Shown in pieces: positions 1-19,029 of a DNA stretch of 64,000 nt. The translations under genes and the position numbers were made by a program. The stretch's first letter is position 1. The number at the start of each line of letters is the position of its first letter. The stretch lies in the NCBI RefSeq assembly GCF_009914755.1, contig NC_060927.1. One strand, given 5' to 3'. Below the pieces are notes generated by a model. That model saw only the letters and a program-made list of their open reading frames with translations. It was not told the origin of the DNA and did no database searches. This stretch comes from the human T2T-CHM13v2.0 reference genome, Homo sapiens.

Positions 1-145
1 TGCTGTACCCGAAGTCCACCGATTTAAGTGCAAATCTTATCCAAAAATACCCTCACAGAAACAACCAGAATAATGTTTGACCAAGTATCGGGACGCCCCA
101 TGGCCCAGCCAAGTTGACATATAAAATTAACCATTAACCATCACA
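1..145 (-). mobile_element. MLT2-type (ERVL) LTR, 5' end; element continues off the window
   Basis: Reverse complement starts TGTGATGGTTAA(TGGTTAA)TTTTATATGTCAACTTGGCTGGGCC, the MLT2B/C/D start, with a 7-bp duplication. Confidence 0.75.
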
Positions 146-226
146 GCTGCCAAGAAGGCATCTGCATCCATGAAGTGGTCCAACATTTTCCCAACAAAGC
201 ATTTGTCATTTAACTTTATGCTAGAG

Positions 227-3200
227 TCAGCTTAATGAATAGGACCTATACAAAAACGTGTCATATCCATGAGAAGCTAAACTCTTCAAGAAAAATGCAT
301 GGCCAGAATTTATGACAGAATGGAAATTGTTCCACTCCTTTTTTCTCCTTCTCCACAAGTCAGTGCATCCAAAGCAGTTTATCTTTGCAGGACTCTCACT
401 CTGCTGTACAATCTGGGAGCCATCCTCCTTAACCTTGATAGAGGAAAAGCATTGTCATTCACAATTCACTCCCTACCCACAATGGGAAGCTTAACTTCTC
501 TGGTTTTCTTTCTCACCTATTCTTTCTCTTCTCTTCCCCTCTCCCATCATCTCGCTTGTCTCCTTCCTCCACATTTTTTTTTTTTTTGAGACAGAGTCTC
601 ACTGTGTCACCCAGGTTGGAGTGCAGTGGTGTGATCATAGCTCACTGCAGCTTTGACCTCCCAGGCTCAAACAATCCTCCCACCTCAGCCTCCTGAGTAG
701 CTGGGACTACAGGCATCCACCACCATACCCAGCGAAATTTTTTTTTTTTTTTAGTAGAGATGGGGTGTCTCTATGTTGCTTAGGCTGGTCTCGAACTCCT
801 GGGCTCAAGTGATCCTTCTGCCTCAACTTCCCCAAGTGTTAGAATTACAGGTGTGAGCCACTGCACCAGGTCCTTCCTCCACTTTTCTAATTCTTCATCC
901 TTGTGCTTTTGTGAACTGGTTGGTGAAAATTTGGAAAAATCAAAAAAGTAAGTGCTATTCTACTCTGTCTCCAACTCCTGGCAACAATGCTGGAGATGGA
1001 GGAGATATAAAGTGAGTGTGAGATTGAGAGAGAACAACGAGAATGAGAGATTCTGAATGTGTAAGTGTGTGTGTGTCAGCGTGTAACTGGTTAGAAACTC
1101 AATGGGGTTTTGAGGTGCTTTTATTTTGGTGTATATTTTAAGTGCAAGGGCAAATGCAGTAAGGTATAAAATGGGGCAGGTTGAAATTACAGGTGAAAGC
1201 GTAGACTTGACCTTTACTTGAAATTTACTTATTAAATCCCTACCTTGTGTGACAAGTTCACAATGTTGAGGATACCAAAATGAGCCACCTGGGCCCCTGT
1301 TTGGAAGGCACTCATCATCTCACACCAACCTTTGTGTCCTTTTTAATCCACTTGCACTCAGCCCACACAGTTGCGCATGATTCCATACCCTCCTTAAGCA
1401 GGTTTCTCTCAGTTTCCTGTATGTCAGTCTGCTCCTGCTCCCAAAGACAGAAAAGGGAATGCTCTCACAAGACAGCAGCAGTCTTCCAACTCCCTCCGTA
1501 TTATCCCAGAGCACCTAAGTCCATGCAGAGGTGTTCAAGTTGATAGAAACCTACTGACTTGGACAAAACAATATCTTTCCCAGCCTGCAATAAGCCCTCC
1601 TTGATGAAGGCTGGTTTTTCATCTGGTTTCTTTCATGGTACAGGCTTTATTAACCAAATTTTAATAAGAGAAAACCAGCTTCGGGCAGCTGCTGGTGGTT
1701 TTCCTTTGCAATGTGTCCAACAGAATTGCACAGTGCCACAGCCTATGGTTGTCAACATTGTTGTCTCTGGATGTTCATAAGTGATAGGACTGCACAGCAG
1801 ATTTCTGCTGGCTTTTCCACTGGGTGAGAGAAAGGGAAGCCCATGTCTGAGAAGGGGGTTTCTTAGAGCCCGGGAGTCACTCAGGCACTCAGCCCAGGGT
1901 CACCCTCATTAGGACGGTCTCATGATTCCATTGCTAAATCTGCTTTGGTTTGGCAAATAGAAATGTGGCCCTTTGAAGTATTTATCACTACTAAGCAGGT
2001 CCTAAAAACTTCATTCTCCTTTACCTGGTGACAGTGTCGATATTTCATTGGCACTTCTTAGTTAAATGCATTTTAGGGAGTGCTATGGCCCCTTTAATAA
2101 AATCTGCATGCCTGCCCCCCCTTTAAATGGCTCTCTGGTAAAATGATAGAAGAGAAGGAGATGAAATTATGAGATTTGGATTGCAGTGACTCAGAGAGTA
2201 GCAAGAGCAGCTCATTTAGAAGGGGAAAAAAACTTAACTGCAAAGGGTCAGGCTTGTACAATACCCCCATTCTAATCCTGCGGTGGCTGTGAAGTGATTC
2301 AGAGCTACTCTGACAAATGTAGGAACTTTCAAAGTCTGGGGAGTGAAATATTGTCTAATAATGAATCTTCCTTTTTTGATTAGTGTGGAACCTGTATGCT
2401 GCTTCCAGAGGCAGGACTCAGTTTTCTTATTCATTTTCACCACAGTTGGAATGGAAAAATTGAAATCATTGCTCTAATGGCAAGAAACATCTTATGGTGC
2501 TCAGAGCCAGCAGTCAGTACAGACAGGCACAGATGCGGGCGCCTTTTGCTCCTTTTTTGTATGAAAAGAGCTTCACTCCACTGAAATAGATGATTTTCTA
2601 GTGGAGGCTAACATTGTAATGACAACATACTCTGATGGGTTTTCTTTTTTTTTCTTTATAAGGATTTCTCAGTTTTATGTCTGTAATTGACATCTATGGA
2701 CCAGCCATAACAATGTATTCCTCAGTCTAAGGTGAGGGACTTTTGAGAGGTCCAGGAGATTCCAATTGGTTTGTGGAAACTCGAGCTGCAGAACTCCAAG
2801 AAGTAGGAGGAGGGTGGGAGAGACAAGCAGGGCCTTTATCTAGGGAAGGTCAGCAAAACTTTTGAATTTCTGTATTTCTCCTAAACGTGAAAAATGAGGA
2901 AAGAAAATTGAAGGGGAGAAGGGAAACATGAAATAAAAAGAATTAATGAGGATTGAGCCCCTTATGTGCCAGCCCAATAAGAGGTGCTTTACCCACATTA
3001 CTGCATTTAATCCTCACAACGGAGTGAGGCAAATCTGTTGCCTCTCCAGGAGTCAGTTTCCTCACCTTCCATCCCTCCTGTCCCAGCCCATGTCACATGA
3101 TAACAGTTAAATGCTAGAGACCCACTTTGCCTTCATGTTAACAAATGACCAAGGGACCCAGTTCTGACTATGGGACATAACGCTAAGTCTGTTGGGGGGA

Positions 3201-4607
3201 TTTGGAAAACAGTTTTCCTTCAAGACGAAAAAAAAAAAAGCAAGCACACATGAGAAGAGCTCTCTTGTCACCTGAGCTGCTCCCGGCTTCCTACATAGCA
3301 ATGCAATTGTCTGAGGACCCAGTACTTGGAGCTGCAGCAGCCATCTTGCAAGTAAGAGACCAAACGTTTTCATGTGAGGACGGTGGAATGGAGGATGAAA
3401 AAAGCTTCATTCATTCTTCATGACATTATTGAGACCACTGATTCAGCCCTAGAACCACCTACTTCTGGATGTCTTTTTTGTGTGAGATAATAAAGCTCAT
3501 TATTTCAGTCACTTTTAGCCAGATATTCTACCTGCTTGCAGTCAAAAGCATTCTAATAGACACAATATGACTATTTCCACTTTACTAAATTTGTTTCATC
3601 CAACGAACCAAGAAAATTAATTCACTGACCACTACAGTAGAAGCAAAAGATAGTTGCTTTATAATCTCTCTGAAATAATATCTGTACAGTCCTTTAGTTT
3701 TTAGCTTACTACATTTCCTCCTCACTGTCCTTCATGTATAGATAACATATGATGGTCATGAAATGACCATGTACCACAGATGGTAACCTTATTTCCTATT
3801 ATTTCTTGTGGCATAGGTGCTAAAAGCTTAATCCCAATCATCAACCACTGGCCTTAGAATTTGGCCAACACCCTTCTCCATCGAGAAGTTAGAGACAGAT
3901 AGAAGTTTAGACACTAGTATTGTGAGGCCAATCTAACCTATGAACCTTTGATTATGAACTCCTACCATGATGATGATGATATCAGGTTCACAGTTTGGGA
4001 CAATTCTGCAGAACAAGAAGGATGTTGCTCAAAATGGTTCTTAGCAAAATCATCAGTCACATTTAAGCTTTTAGTCACAGACACAACATATTACACACCA
4101 TATGACATTTTCAAAAAGACGAAAGAAGAAGATTAGTGGTTGCCAGAGGATCAAGGAAGGAGGAGGATGTGACAATAAAGAGAGATGACATGCAGGAGTT
4201 TTTTGGGAGTGATAGAACTGTTCTGTATCCTGATTGCGGCAGCAGTTACGTGAATCTATGCATGTTTATTCCTTGAACTGTATACCAAAAAGAAGTCAAT
4301 TTTACTGTAAGATTTTTCAAAATAAAAGTAAATTCATTCCATAAAACCTGACTCCTAGCCATTTGTTAATTAGTCCAAATTGATTTATTTTTTCCTTCAA
4401 TTGTTAGCAAGAAAGAAGGGAATACTATAGTTAGTTACTGCTAGGCTTAAGAATACAGTAGACAGGTCAGGGAAGGAAAATATCTAGGTTTGATTGATGC
4501 AATTGACAAGTGTTTGGATTCACCAAGAGGCATGGAAGAGAACAGGGTTTCATGAAACAAAACTATAACTTTTAAATTGCTGGGGCCTCTTCCGATAACT
4601 TTTTGGG
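227..4607 (-). pseudogene. Candidate decayed multi-exon gene, 3' part. Putative exons: 4607-~4440?, 4005-3775, 2580-2238, 2134-2025, 1819-1559, 1434-1244, 433-227
   Basis: Series of minus-strand polypyrimidine-AG acceptors and GT donors with short introns (103, 205, 124 nt). Frames are mostly open and largely phase-compatible. Protein not recognised. Confidence 0.55.
573..870 (-). mobile_element. AluJ
   Basis: Alu dimer with poly(T); TSD tccttcctccac. Confidence 0.9.
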
Positions 4608-5170
4608 CTGGGAATTAAAGCCATTTCCTAGTTATAAAAGCTCAGGTTTGTGATCATCTCAACTGAAGCAGAAAAAGCATTTGACAAAATTGAACCTCTT
4701 TCATGATTAAAAACAACAACAACACAACAAATTAGAAAAAGAGGAAAACTATCTCCACACAATAAAGACCATATATTAAAAACCCACAGCTAACATCATA
4801 CTCAACAGTGAAAGACTGAAAGTGTTTCCTCTAAGATCAGGCACAAGAAAAGGATATCCACTTTCACCACTTCTAATCAACATAGTACTAGAAGTCCTAG
4901 CCAGAGCAATTAGGCAAGAAAAAGAAATAAAAACATCTGAATTGGAAAAGGGGTAAAACGATCTCTGTTCACAGGTGACAAGATCTTATATGTAGAAAAG
5001 CCTAAAGAGCTCACTGAAAAAAACTGTTTAAAATAATAAATTCAGCAAAGTTGCAAAATACAAAATCAATACACAGAAATCAGTTGTGTTTCTCTACACT
5101 AAGGATAAACAATCCAAAAAGAATATTCAGACAACAGTTCAACTTACAATAGCATAAAAAACAATTGGGG

Positions 5171-5770
<600 letters not shown>

Positions 5771-6943
5771 ATATATATACTCACACACACATATATATAA
5801 TATAGATACATATCTAATATACACACATAAATATATATAAATACTAATTTGGAATAAAGTTGACCAAAAAGGGGAAAGATTTTTACATTGAAAACTATAA
5901 AATATTGCTGAAAGAAATTAAAGAAGACACCAATAAATGGAAAGAAATTCCATGTTATGGATTGAAAGGCTTAATATTTTTAAGATGTTAATACTACCCA
6001 AAGCAATCTACAGATTCAATGCAATGCCTATTAGCATCTCAATGGCTTTTTAAAAAATTTTTGTAGAAATGGAAAAATCTATCCCAAAATTCGTTATCTA
6101 TCCCAAATAACAAAAATAATCTAAAAAAAGAAGAACAAAGTTGGAAATCTCACATTCCTGATTTCAAAACTTACTACAAAGCTATGGTAATTAAAACAGT
6201 GTGGTACTGGCATAAAGACAGACATATAGACCAATTGACTAGAATAGAGAACCCATAAATAAACTCTGGCATATATGATCAAATAATTTGTGACAAGGGC
6301 CAAAACCATTCAGTGGTGAAAGAACATACTTTCAACAAATGACATCATGAAAACTGGATCTCCAGATGCAAAAAAAAGAAAAAGAAAAAGAAAAAGAAGT
6401 TGGATCCTTACCTTATAGCAAATACAAAAATTATCTCACAATGTACCTAAACGTCAGATGTGAAAGGATGAAACTCTTAGAAAACTCTGGTAAAAGCTTC
6501 ACTACATTGGATTTGGCAATGATTTCTTGGATATAACACTAAAGGCAGAAGCAACAAAAGAAAAAATAGACAAACTGGATATCATTATAATTTAAAAATC
6601 CTGTGCATCAAAAGATACTATCATCACTTCCAACAAAAGTGGATTCCATCCACTGTACAGGTTCAGTGAAACAAGATATACACTGAGCCTGACTCCCTGT
6701 GGTTAGCCTGAAAGATGGTGTCATTTTCTTGTGGGCAACAGCTATAAAAGCGCTTCCTGCATTATAACCCAAAATGCTAGAATTTCAAAATAATGATCAC
6801 CTGCAACTCTCAAACAAACAAAACCATTAATGATTTCCAAAACAATGAATAGATAAAATGTGCAGTATTTCTTAGAGGACAAAATAATATTACATTGATT
6901 ATGCTACTTAAATTTTCAATAATCCCTACAATCTGATTTTTGC

Positions 6944-7256
<313 letters not shown>

Positions 7257-7631
7257 GATTTTTGCTTTTAAGAATTTACATTCTTCTTGAAAGCAGATTT
7301 GAATTCAAAATTTTTATATTATTCAGTCAAACAAATTCTTCCTAGAGAAATAAAAGAAACTGTAATTTTAAGTACTTTTCAGCTACTGAGACAAGATAAA
7401 ATATCCAGAGGATACAAAATATTTTATATGTACTTCCTGCATTTGTAGAGACCCTTGCCCTTCAATACTTGTGAAAGGGTGATTGGGTCAACAGCAAAGA
7501 GTTCTTGAGGTAAATTCTGCAATTTTATACGACATAATTCAAATGTATCCATTTGTCAAAATCAACTCTGCATTTTCAGACAAAATTCAGTTAATGTCAA
7601 ATTGAGGCAAGTGCTAAACCTCGGCAATTTA

Positions 7632-7960
<329 letters not shown>

Positions 7961-8038
7961 AGAATTATACAAACTATGTGACCTTGAAGAAGTTATTTCT
8001 CATTAAACCACAGTTTTAAAAGGTAACAACAGCACAGT

Positions 8039-8773
8039 ACAATAGTCCTCCTTACCTGCATGGCACATGTTCCAAAACCCCCACTGGATGCCTGAGACCA
8101 CAGACAGTACCAGACCCAATTGCTGTCATTTGGAACACGTTTCATTTCATGTCTTCCACCCACAAATTTAATGCCTTTTCCATCTTAGGTAAGCACTTAT
8201 CACATACTGTGGCCATAACTTTTGCAGTCTGAGGTGCAACAGCAAAACTAGCACATATTTCTCTTTCTTTTTTCATGACAAAAATGGATAAAATTCTTAC
8301 TGTGGATCTTAGCAACCTCAGGATACTATTTTTTTTTTGTTTGTTTCCTTATTTAGTTGAGAACGTTCAGCTTTTCATTTAAAGCAAATACTTTACGGCT
8401 TCTCTTTGCCATATCCAAATTGCCAGCCTCACTACTCTTGGACTTTGAGGTGATTACTAAGTAAAATAAGGGTTACTTGAACACAAGCACTGTTGATACT
8501 GCGACAGTCAATCTGATAACCTAGAGGGCTCCAAGTCACTGTCACTAATGGGCGGGTAGCATGGTCAGCGTGGAGATGCTGGACAAAGGGATTGTTCACA
8601 TCCCCAGCGGGATGGAGCAGGATGGCCTAAGATTTCATCACGCTACTTAAAATGGCCTGCATTTAAAACTTATGAATTATTTCTGGAATTTTTTATTAAT
8701 ATTTTCAGACCACAGTTGACCTCAGGTAACAGGGACCATGGAAATTGAAAACAACGGATGAAGGGGAACTATG
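8039..8773. mobile_element. MER44-type (Tigger7-derived) DNA transposon inside a MIR (~7970-8880)
   Basis: Termini caatagtcctccttacc and ggatgaaggggaactatg; MIR halves on either side. Confidence 0.7.
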
Positions 8774-10004
8774 ATATCTGTCTCACAGAATTGCTAGAAA
8801 GGTGAGAAATGTACCCACAGCACTTAGTGTCAGAGTAAATGACATCTAGAAAGGGCTCAATACATACTAGCAATTATTACTTACCTGGATACTTTTCCAT
8901 GACCTTTTGTAAACCATATTGCTTATAAATTGCACTACAGATATCCATTTCATATCCCATTACCTCATACAATTTCAGTTGCTAGTCAAGCCCACATTTA
9001 ATCCTATAATGACAAACAAATATGAAGTTCAGTTTTCTTTAAATAAAATCACATCACAAAAGAAGAATTATTACTAAAACAACTCAGCCTCTGGCAAGAT
9101 ATTTTACAGATTTTCACAGGCTTTTTCCAAGGTAAATTGGTAATTCTTCATCATAAAAGCAGTCACTATAGCAATACTTCAACTGACTCTTGCATGACTG
9201 AAAGAGACCTTGAAAATAAAATAGCAAAATAGCAACAATTAAAAAAAATCCAGCTGCCTATTAATGGTAAAGTTCATGTCTATTTCATGACTACTTCTAC
9301 TCAAATAAATCCTCTGCCTCTGAAATATGACCAATGGTGAAGGAGAAAAAAGGCACTATCAACTGAATGAAAACGCAACTCACAGAATGGGAGAAAATAT
9401 GCACAAATCATGTATCTGATAAAAGATTAATATCCAGAATATATTTTTTAAAATTCCTACAACTCAACAACAAAAACCAAAACACCCAGTTGAAAATGAG
9501 CAAAAGGACTTGAAAAAAATCTCCAAAGACGTACAAATGGCCAATAAACACATGAAAAGATGGTCAACATCTAATGATTAGAGAAATGCAAATCAAAACC
9601 ACAATTAGATACAATTTCACACCAATTAGGATGACTGTTATTTAAAAAAATAATAATAACAACTTTTGGCAAAGATGTGGAGTGATTGCAGCCCTTGTTC
9701 ATTGCTGGTAGGAATGTAAAATGGTGCAGCCACTAGGGAGAACAGTATAGCAGTTCCTCCAAAACTTGAAAATGGAACTACCATATTATTCAACAATTTC
9801 ACCCCTAGGTATATACCTGCTCATGTTCACAGCAGCATTATTTACAATAGCTACAAGGTAGACACAACCCAAGTATCCACTGAGAGATGACTGGATCAAC
9901 AAAATGGGGCATATACATACAAAGGTCTATAATTCAGCCTTAAAAAGGAAGGAAATTCTGACACATGCTACAACAACATGGATGAACCTTAAAAACATTA
10001 TGCT

Positions 10005-10324
<320 letters not shown>

Positions 10325-10589
10325 CTAAGTGAAATAAGCCAGTCACATAAAAAGAAATGCTATACAATGCCATTTATATGAGGTACCCTAAAATTCATGG
10401 TGAAAGAAAGTGGAACAGAGATGATTACCAGGGGCAGAGGAAGGGGAAAATGAGGAGTTGTTTAATGGATGTAAAGTTTCAGTTTTGCAAGCCGAAAAGA
10501 GTTTGAAGGTGGACGATGGTGATGGTTGTACAACCATGTGAATATACTTAATGCCACTGAACTCTACGCTTAAAAATGGTTAAAGCGGT

Positions 10590-11659
10590 CCTGGGCTGCG
10601 GTGGCACGGCGGTCGCCATGATGGTCACTGGGCTTGGCGGCTGACCCCCGGGCTAGGAGAGGGCCCAGCGCCCCGGATCTCGGTGGCCGCTGCTAGAGCG
10701 CGGCCTGTGCCATGGCCACCTTCACCGCCTCCTCAGAGCATTTCGAGAAGCTGTACGAGATCTTCCGCGGCCTCCATGAAGACCTACAAGGGGTGCCCGA
10801 GCGGCTGCTGGGGGCGGCGGGGACCGAAGAGAAGAAGAAGTTAATCAGGGATTTTGATGAAAAGCAACAGGAAGCAAATGAAACGTTGGCAGAGATGGAG
10901 GAGGAGCTACGTTATGCACCCCTGTCTTTCTGTAACCCCATGATGTCTAAGCTTCGAAACTACCAAAAGGACCTTGCCAAACTCCATCGGGAGGTGAGAA
11001 GCACACCTTTGACAGCCACACCTGGAGGCCGAGGAGACATGAAATATGGCATATATGCTGTAGAGACTGAGCATATGAATCAGCTTACAGTCTCAAAGGG
11101 CAACGCTTCCGCAAGGCACTGAAAGCCTAAAACAGGCCACCCAAAGTATTGAACATTCTCATCAGATTGCCACGGAGACTGACCAGATTGGCTCAGAAAT
11201 CATAGAAGAGCTGGGAGAACAACGAGACCAGTTAGAACGCACCAAGAGTAGACTGGTAAACACAAGTGAAAACTTGGGCAACAGTCGAAAGATTCTCCGT
11301 TCAATGTCCAGAAAAGTGACAACCAACAAGCTGCTGCTTTCCATCATCATCTTACTGGAGCTTGCCATCCTGGGAGGCCTGGTTTACTACAAATTCTTTC
11401 GCAACCATTGAACGTCCTATAGGGAAGGGTTTGTGGACCAGAACTTTCACTTTGTGAACGCATGATGTTAGGGATGTGGATGGAATAAGCATATTGCTGC
11501 TGTGGGCTAACAGTTCAGGGATGCACTGTGTAGCCAGACTGTGGGAGGAGGGAGGAAAGATGGAAAGCCACTTAAATGCGAAGGAACAGCAACAAGACCA
11601 GTATGATATACCAAGGTAATAAATGCTGTTTATGACTTCTTTAAAAAAAAAAAAAAAAA
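10590..11659 (+). pseudogene. VTI1BP1: Processed pseudogene of VTI1B: CDS remnant 10712-11411 with one +1 frameshift at ~11085
   Basis: ORF SSEHFEKL.EIFRGLHEDLQGVPERLLG..EEKKKLIRDFDEKQQEANE matches VTI1B; the shifted frame continues through SNARE and TM to LVYYKFFRNH*. Intronless, AATAAA 11618-11623, poly(A) 11643-11659, TSD aaaaatggttaaagcggt / aaaaacggttgaagtggt. The pseudogene number is from memory. Confidence 0.93.
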
Positions 11660-11772
11660 CGGTTGAAGTGGTAAATGTATGTACTTACCACTTTAACCAT
11701 TTTTAAGTGTAGAGCTTAACCATTTACTACTACTTTAACCCCCCACAGACACTCAAGATCAATGTGCCATGC

Positions 11773-12120
11773 CTGGAGTTTGGAATGGCAGATATGAAAA
11801 GCCCTTTTTGAGTGGGTAATTACATGTGAACTAACCATGTGAACAAGCCAAATATCAGTAAAGAAGATGGCATGATGATTGCGGCAGCTGAAAGCTGCAG
11901 CATCTTCTAAAAAGTCTTGCTAGTTTCATTGGGAATGAATCGTCTCCCTATCAATGGAGAGTTTCATTAACTTGGGTTTATTGGGTTCGCTAAAACAGTC
12001 CCATTATTTAAGCACTCAAAAAGTTCTTCAGTCAGAGACATCTTATGTCACTACATCACCGAACAGAACTCTGTCAAGGATGCTCTGTAGATAACTTCTT
12101 AGCACAAGGAATTCATTCTC
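11773..12120 (-). pseudogene. Decayed exon encoding a calponin-homology (CH)-like domain
   Basis: With two compensating frameshifts it reads ENEFLVLRSYLQSILDRVLFGDVVT/MSLTEELFECLNNGTVLANPIN/KPKLMKLSIDRETIHSQ*N*QDFLEDAAAFSCRNHHAIFFTDIW; bounded by tttag| and CAG|gcatgg. Confidence 0.6.
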
Positions 12121-13480
12121 CTAAATACATGGGAGCCTCCACATGGCCCTTTAAAAGACACTGACCTCTTTGAAATTAGGACTGCAAGATCTAGTTAACT
12201 GAGGGCAACTCCCAGTTGCACGGATTCTTCTGAACTCTGGTTCTCAGAAAGACTAAATGAAGGAATCATCGGAAGACTCAAAATAGAATCTGTCACATAC
12301 CAATCCTATGAGATAATGCGTGATCTTGCAGAGGCATTAAGAAGAAGGAAGACAGATAATCTGAGGCTGTGTTTAACGTGGTTTATTGGCTTCTATGGAC
12401 TCAAAGACCGTGGAAACAATCTTCTTCTTCCATAAGAAGAATATATATATATTTGTTAAACTGAAAATAATGGTTAAATCCTAGGATCAGGACCACTAGA
12501 AGGAAGGAGTTCCTGACTCCCTGACTTCCTTCTGGCCAGATGAGATACCATCAGTCTCTCAGCCAATACAGAAACAGTCTGTATTTCAAGATGTTCATTT
12601 TTGACCTCTTTTGCATTGTCAGGGATTTTTAGATGGCCTATAGCTTCATGCAGGCTTCTTTGGCTCATACTAGTGAGAGTTTCCCATATTGACTAAGGTC
12701 AGTTTTTGACCTCTGGAATCCTCAATATGCTATCCTCAAGGCAACTGCCTTCTTCCTAGTGTCTTATAAATTAGCTGTGTATTTTCTGGGATCAACCATA
12801 TCCTTGGAAAACTGACTGCAGCTCATCCAAGAAACTTGGCCCCTATATTTCTCTCTCCAGAGACAGCTGTGTGAAGATTTCAGGAGCAATAACTCAGACA
12901 AAGGGTCCTCAGTGGTCAGCAGAGCCCCAAATTTGGATAAGGTTTCACTTGAATATTCATTGGCTTTAGCAGTTTGGCAAAAGTAGGAAAGAACTCCTAA
13001 TTCCATGGGGTTAAATATCCTCCCTGAAACTAAAATGGAAAAGATTAACTGACTCATGGAAAGGATTCTGTGATAAATCTGATGTCCTGGGGCCACTTTC
13101 CTAATAGCACCTCCTCTTCTCGTCACTCATCTCCCTTGTATGTCTCTTGAATAATATCACTCTCAAGGATTTAATAAAGATTTCTCTGTCAGCAGCCCAA
13201 GTCAAAGCCTCTAGAGAAGCTGGTATATTGTTTGAAAAATCCTGGTCCCTCAGTCCCGATGAAGTATAGGAATAAAGAGAATGTAAGGGAAAAGATGTCT
13301 ACTGGGGGCAGCCTGAAGCCAATAGTATTGTGTGTTTAGAAAGGATTATGAGACATCAGACCAAGAGAGATATTTAAATAGACTAGGAGTTAGATGCTAT
13401 TAGCAATTATTGTTAATTTGGTATGATAATCATATTGTGGTTATAGTTGTATTTTTATATTTTTTAATTAGCAATAAATA

Positions 13481-17245
<3,765 letters not shown>

Positions 17246-17292
17246 TACTGAAATATATATGGGTGAAGTGATGATGTTTAGAATTTGCTTTA

Positions 17293-18900
<1,608 letters not shown>

Positions 18901-19029
18901 AAAGCTGCTGGTAATGCCTGTCTGCATGAAGAAAGGGGCCAGGGACAGATTTGCCTCCTTTCAAAGCTGTACATTACGTGTATGGCTATTAAATGGGAAT
19001 ACATTAAAGGGTTTACAGCACAATGAAGT

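Noticed and set aside
4330-4650. Search for DUSP12 exon 6 (and exon 1 beyond 9350)
   Set aside because: No LLCPKC..WYGEQCSCG or exon 1 sequence found; the copy is confined to the TSD-bounded insert
11765-11795. CHAGV/EWQ-like words on the plus strand resembling DUSP12
   Set aside because: Needs an indel, does not extend, and overlaps the better-supported minus-strand CH exon
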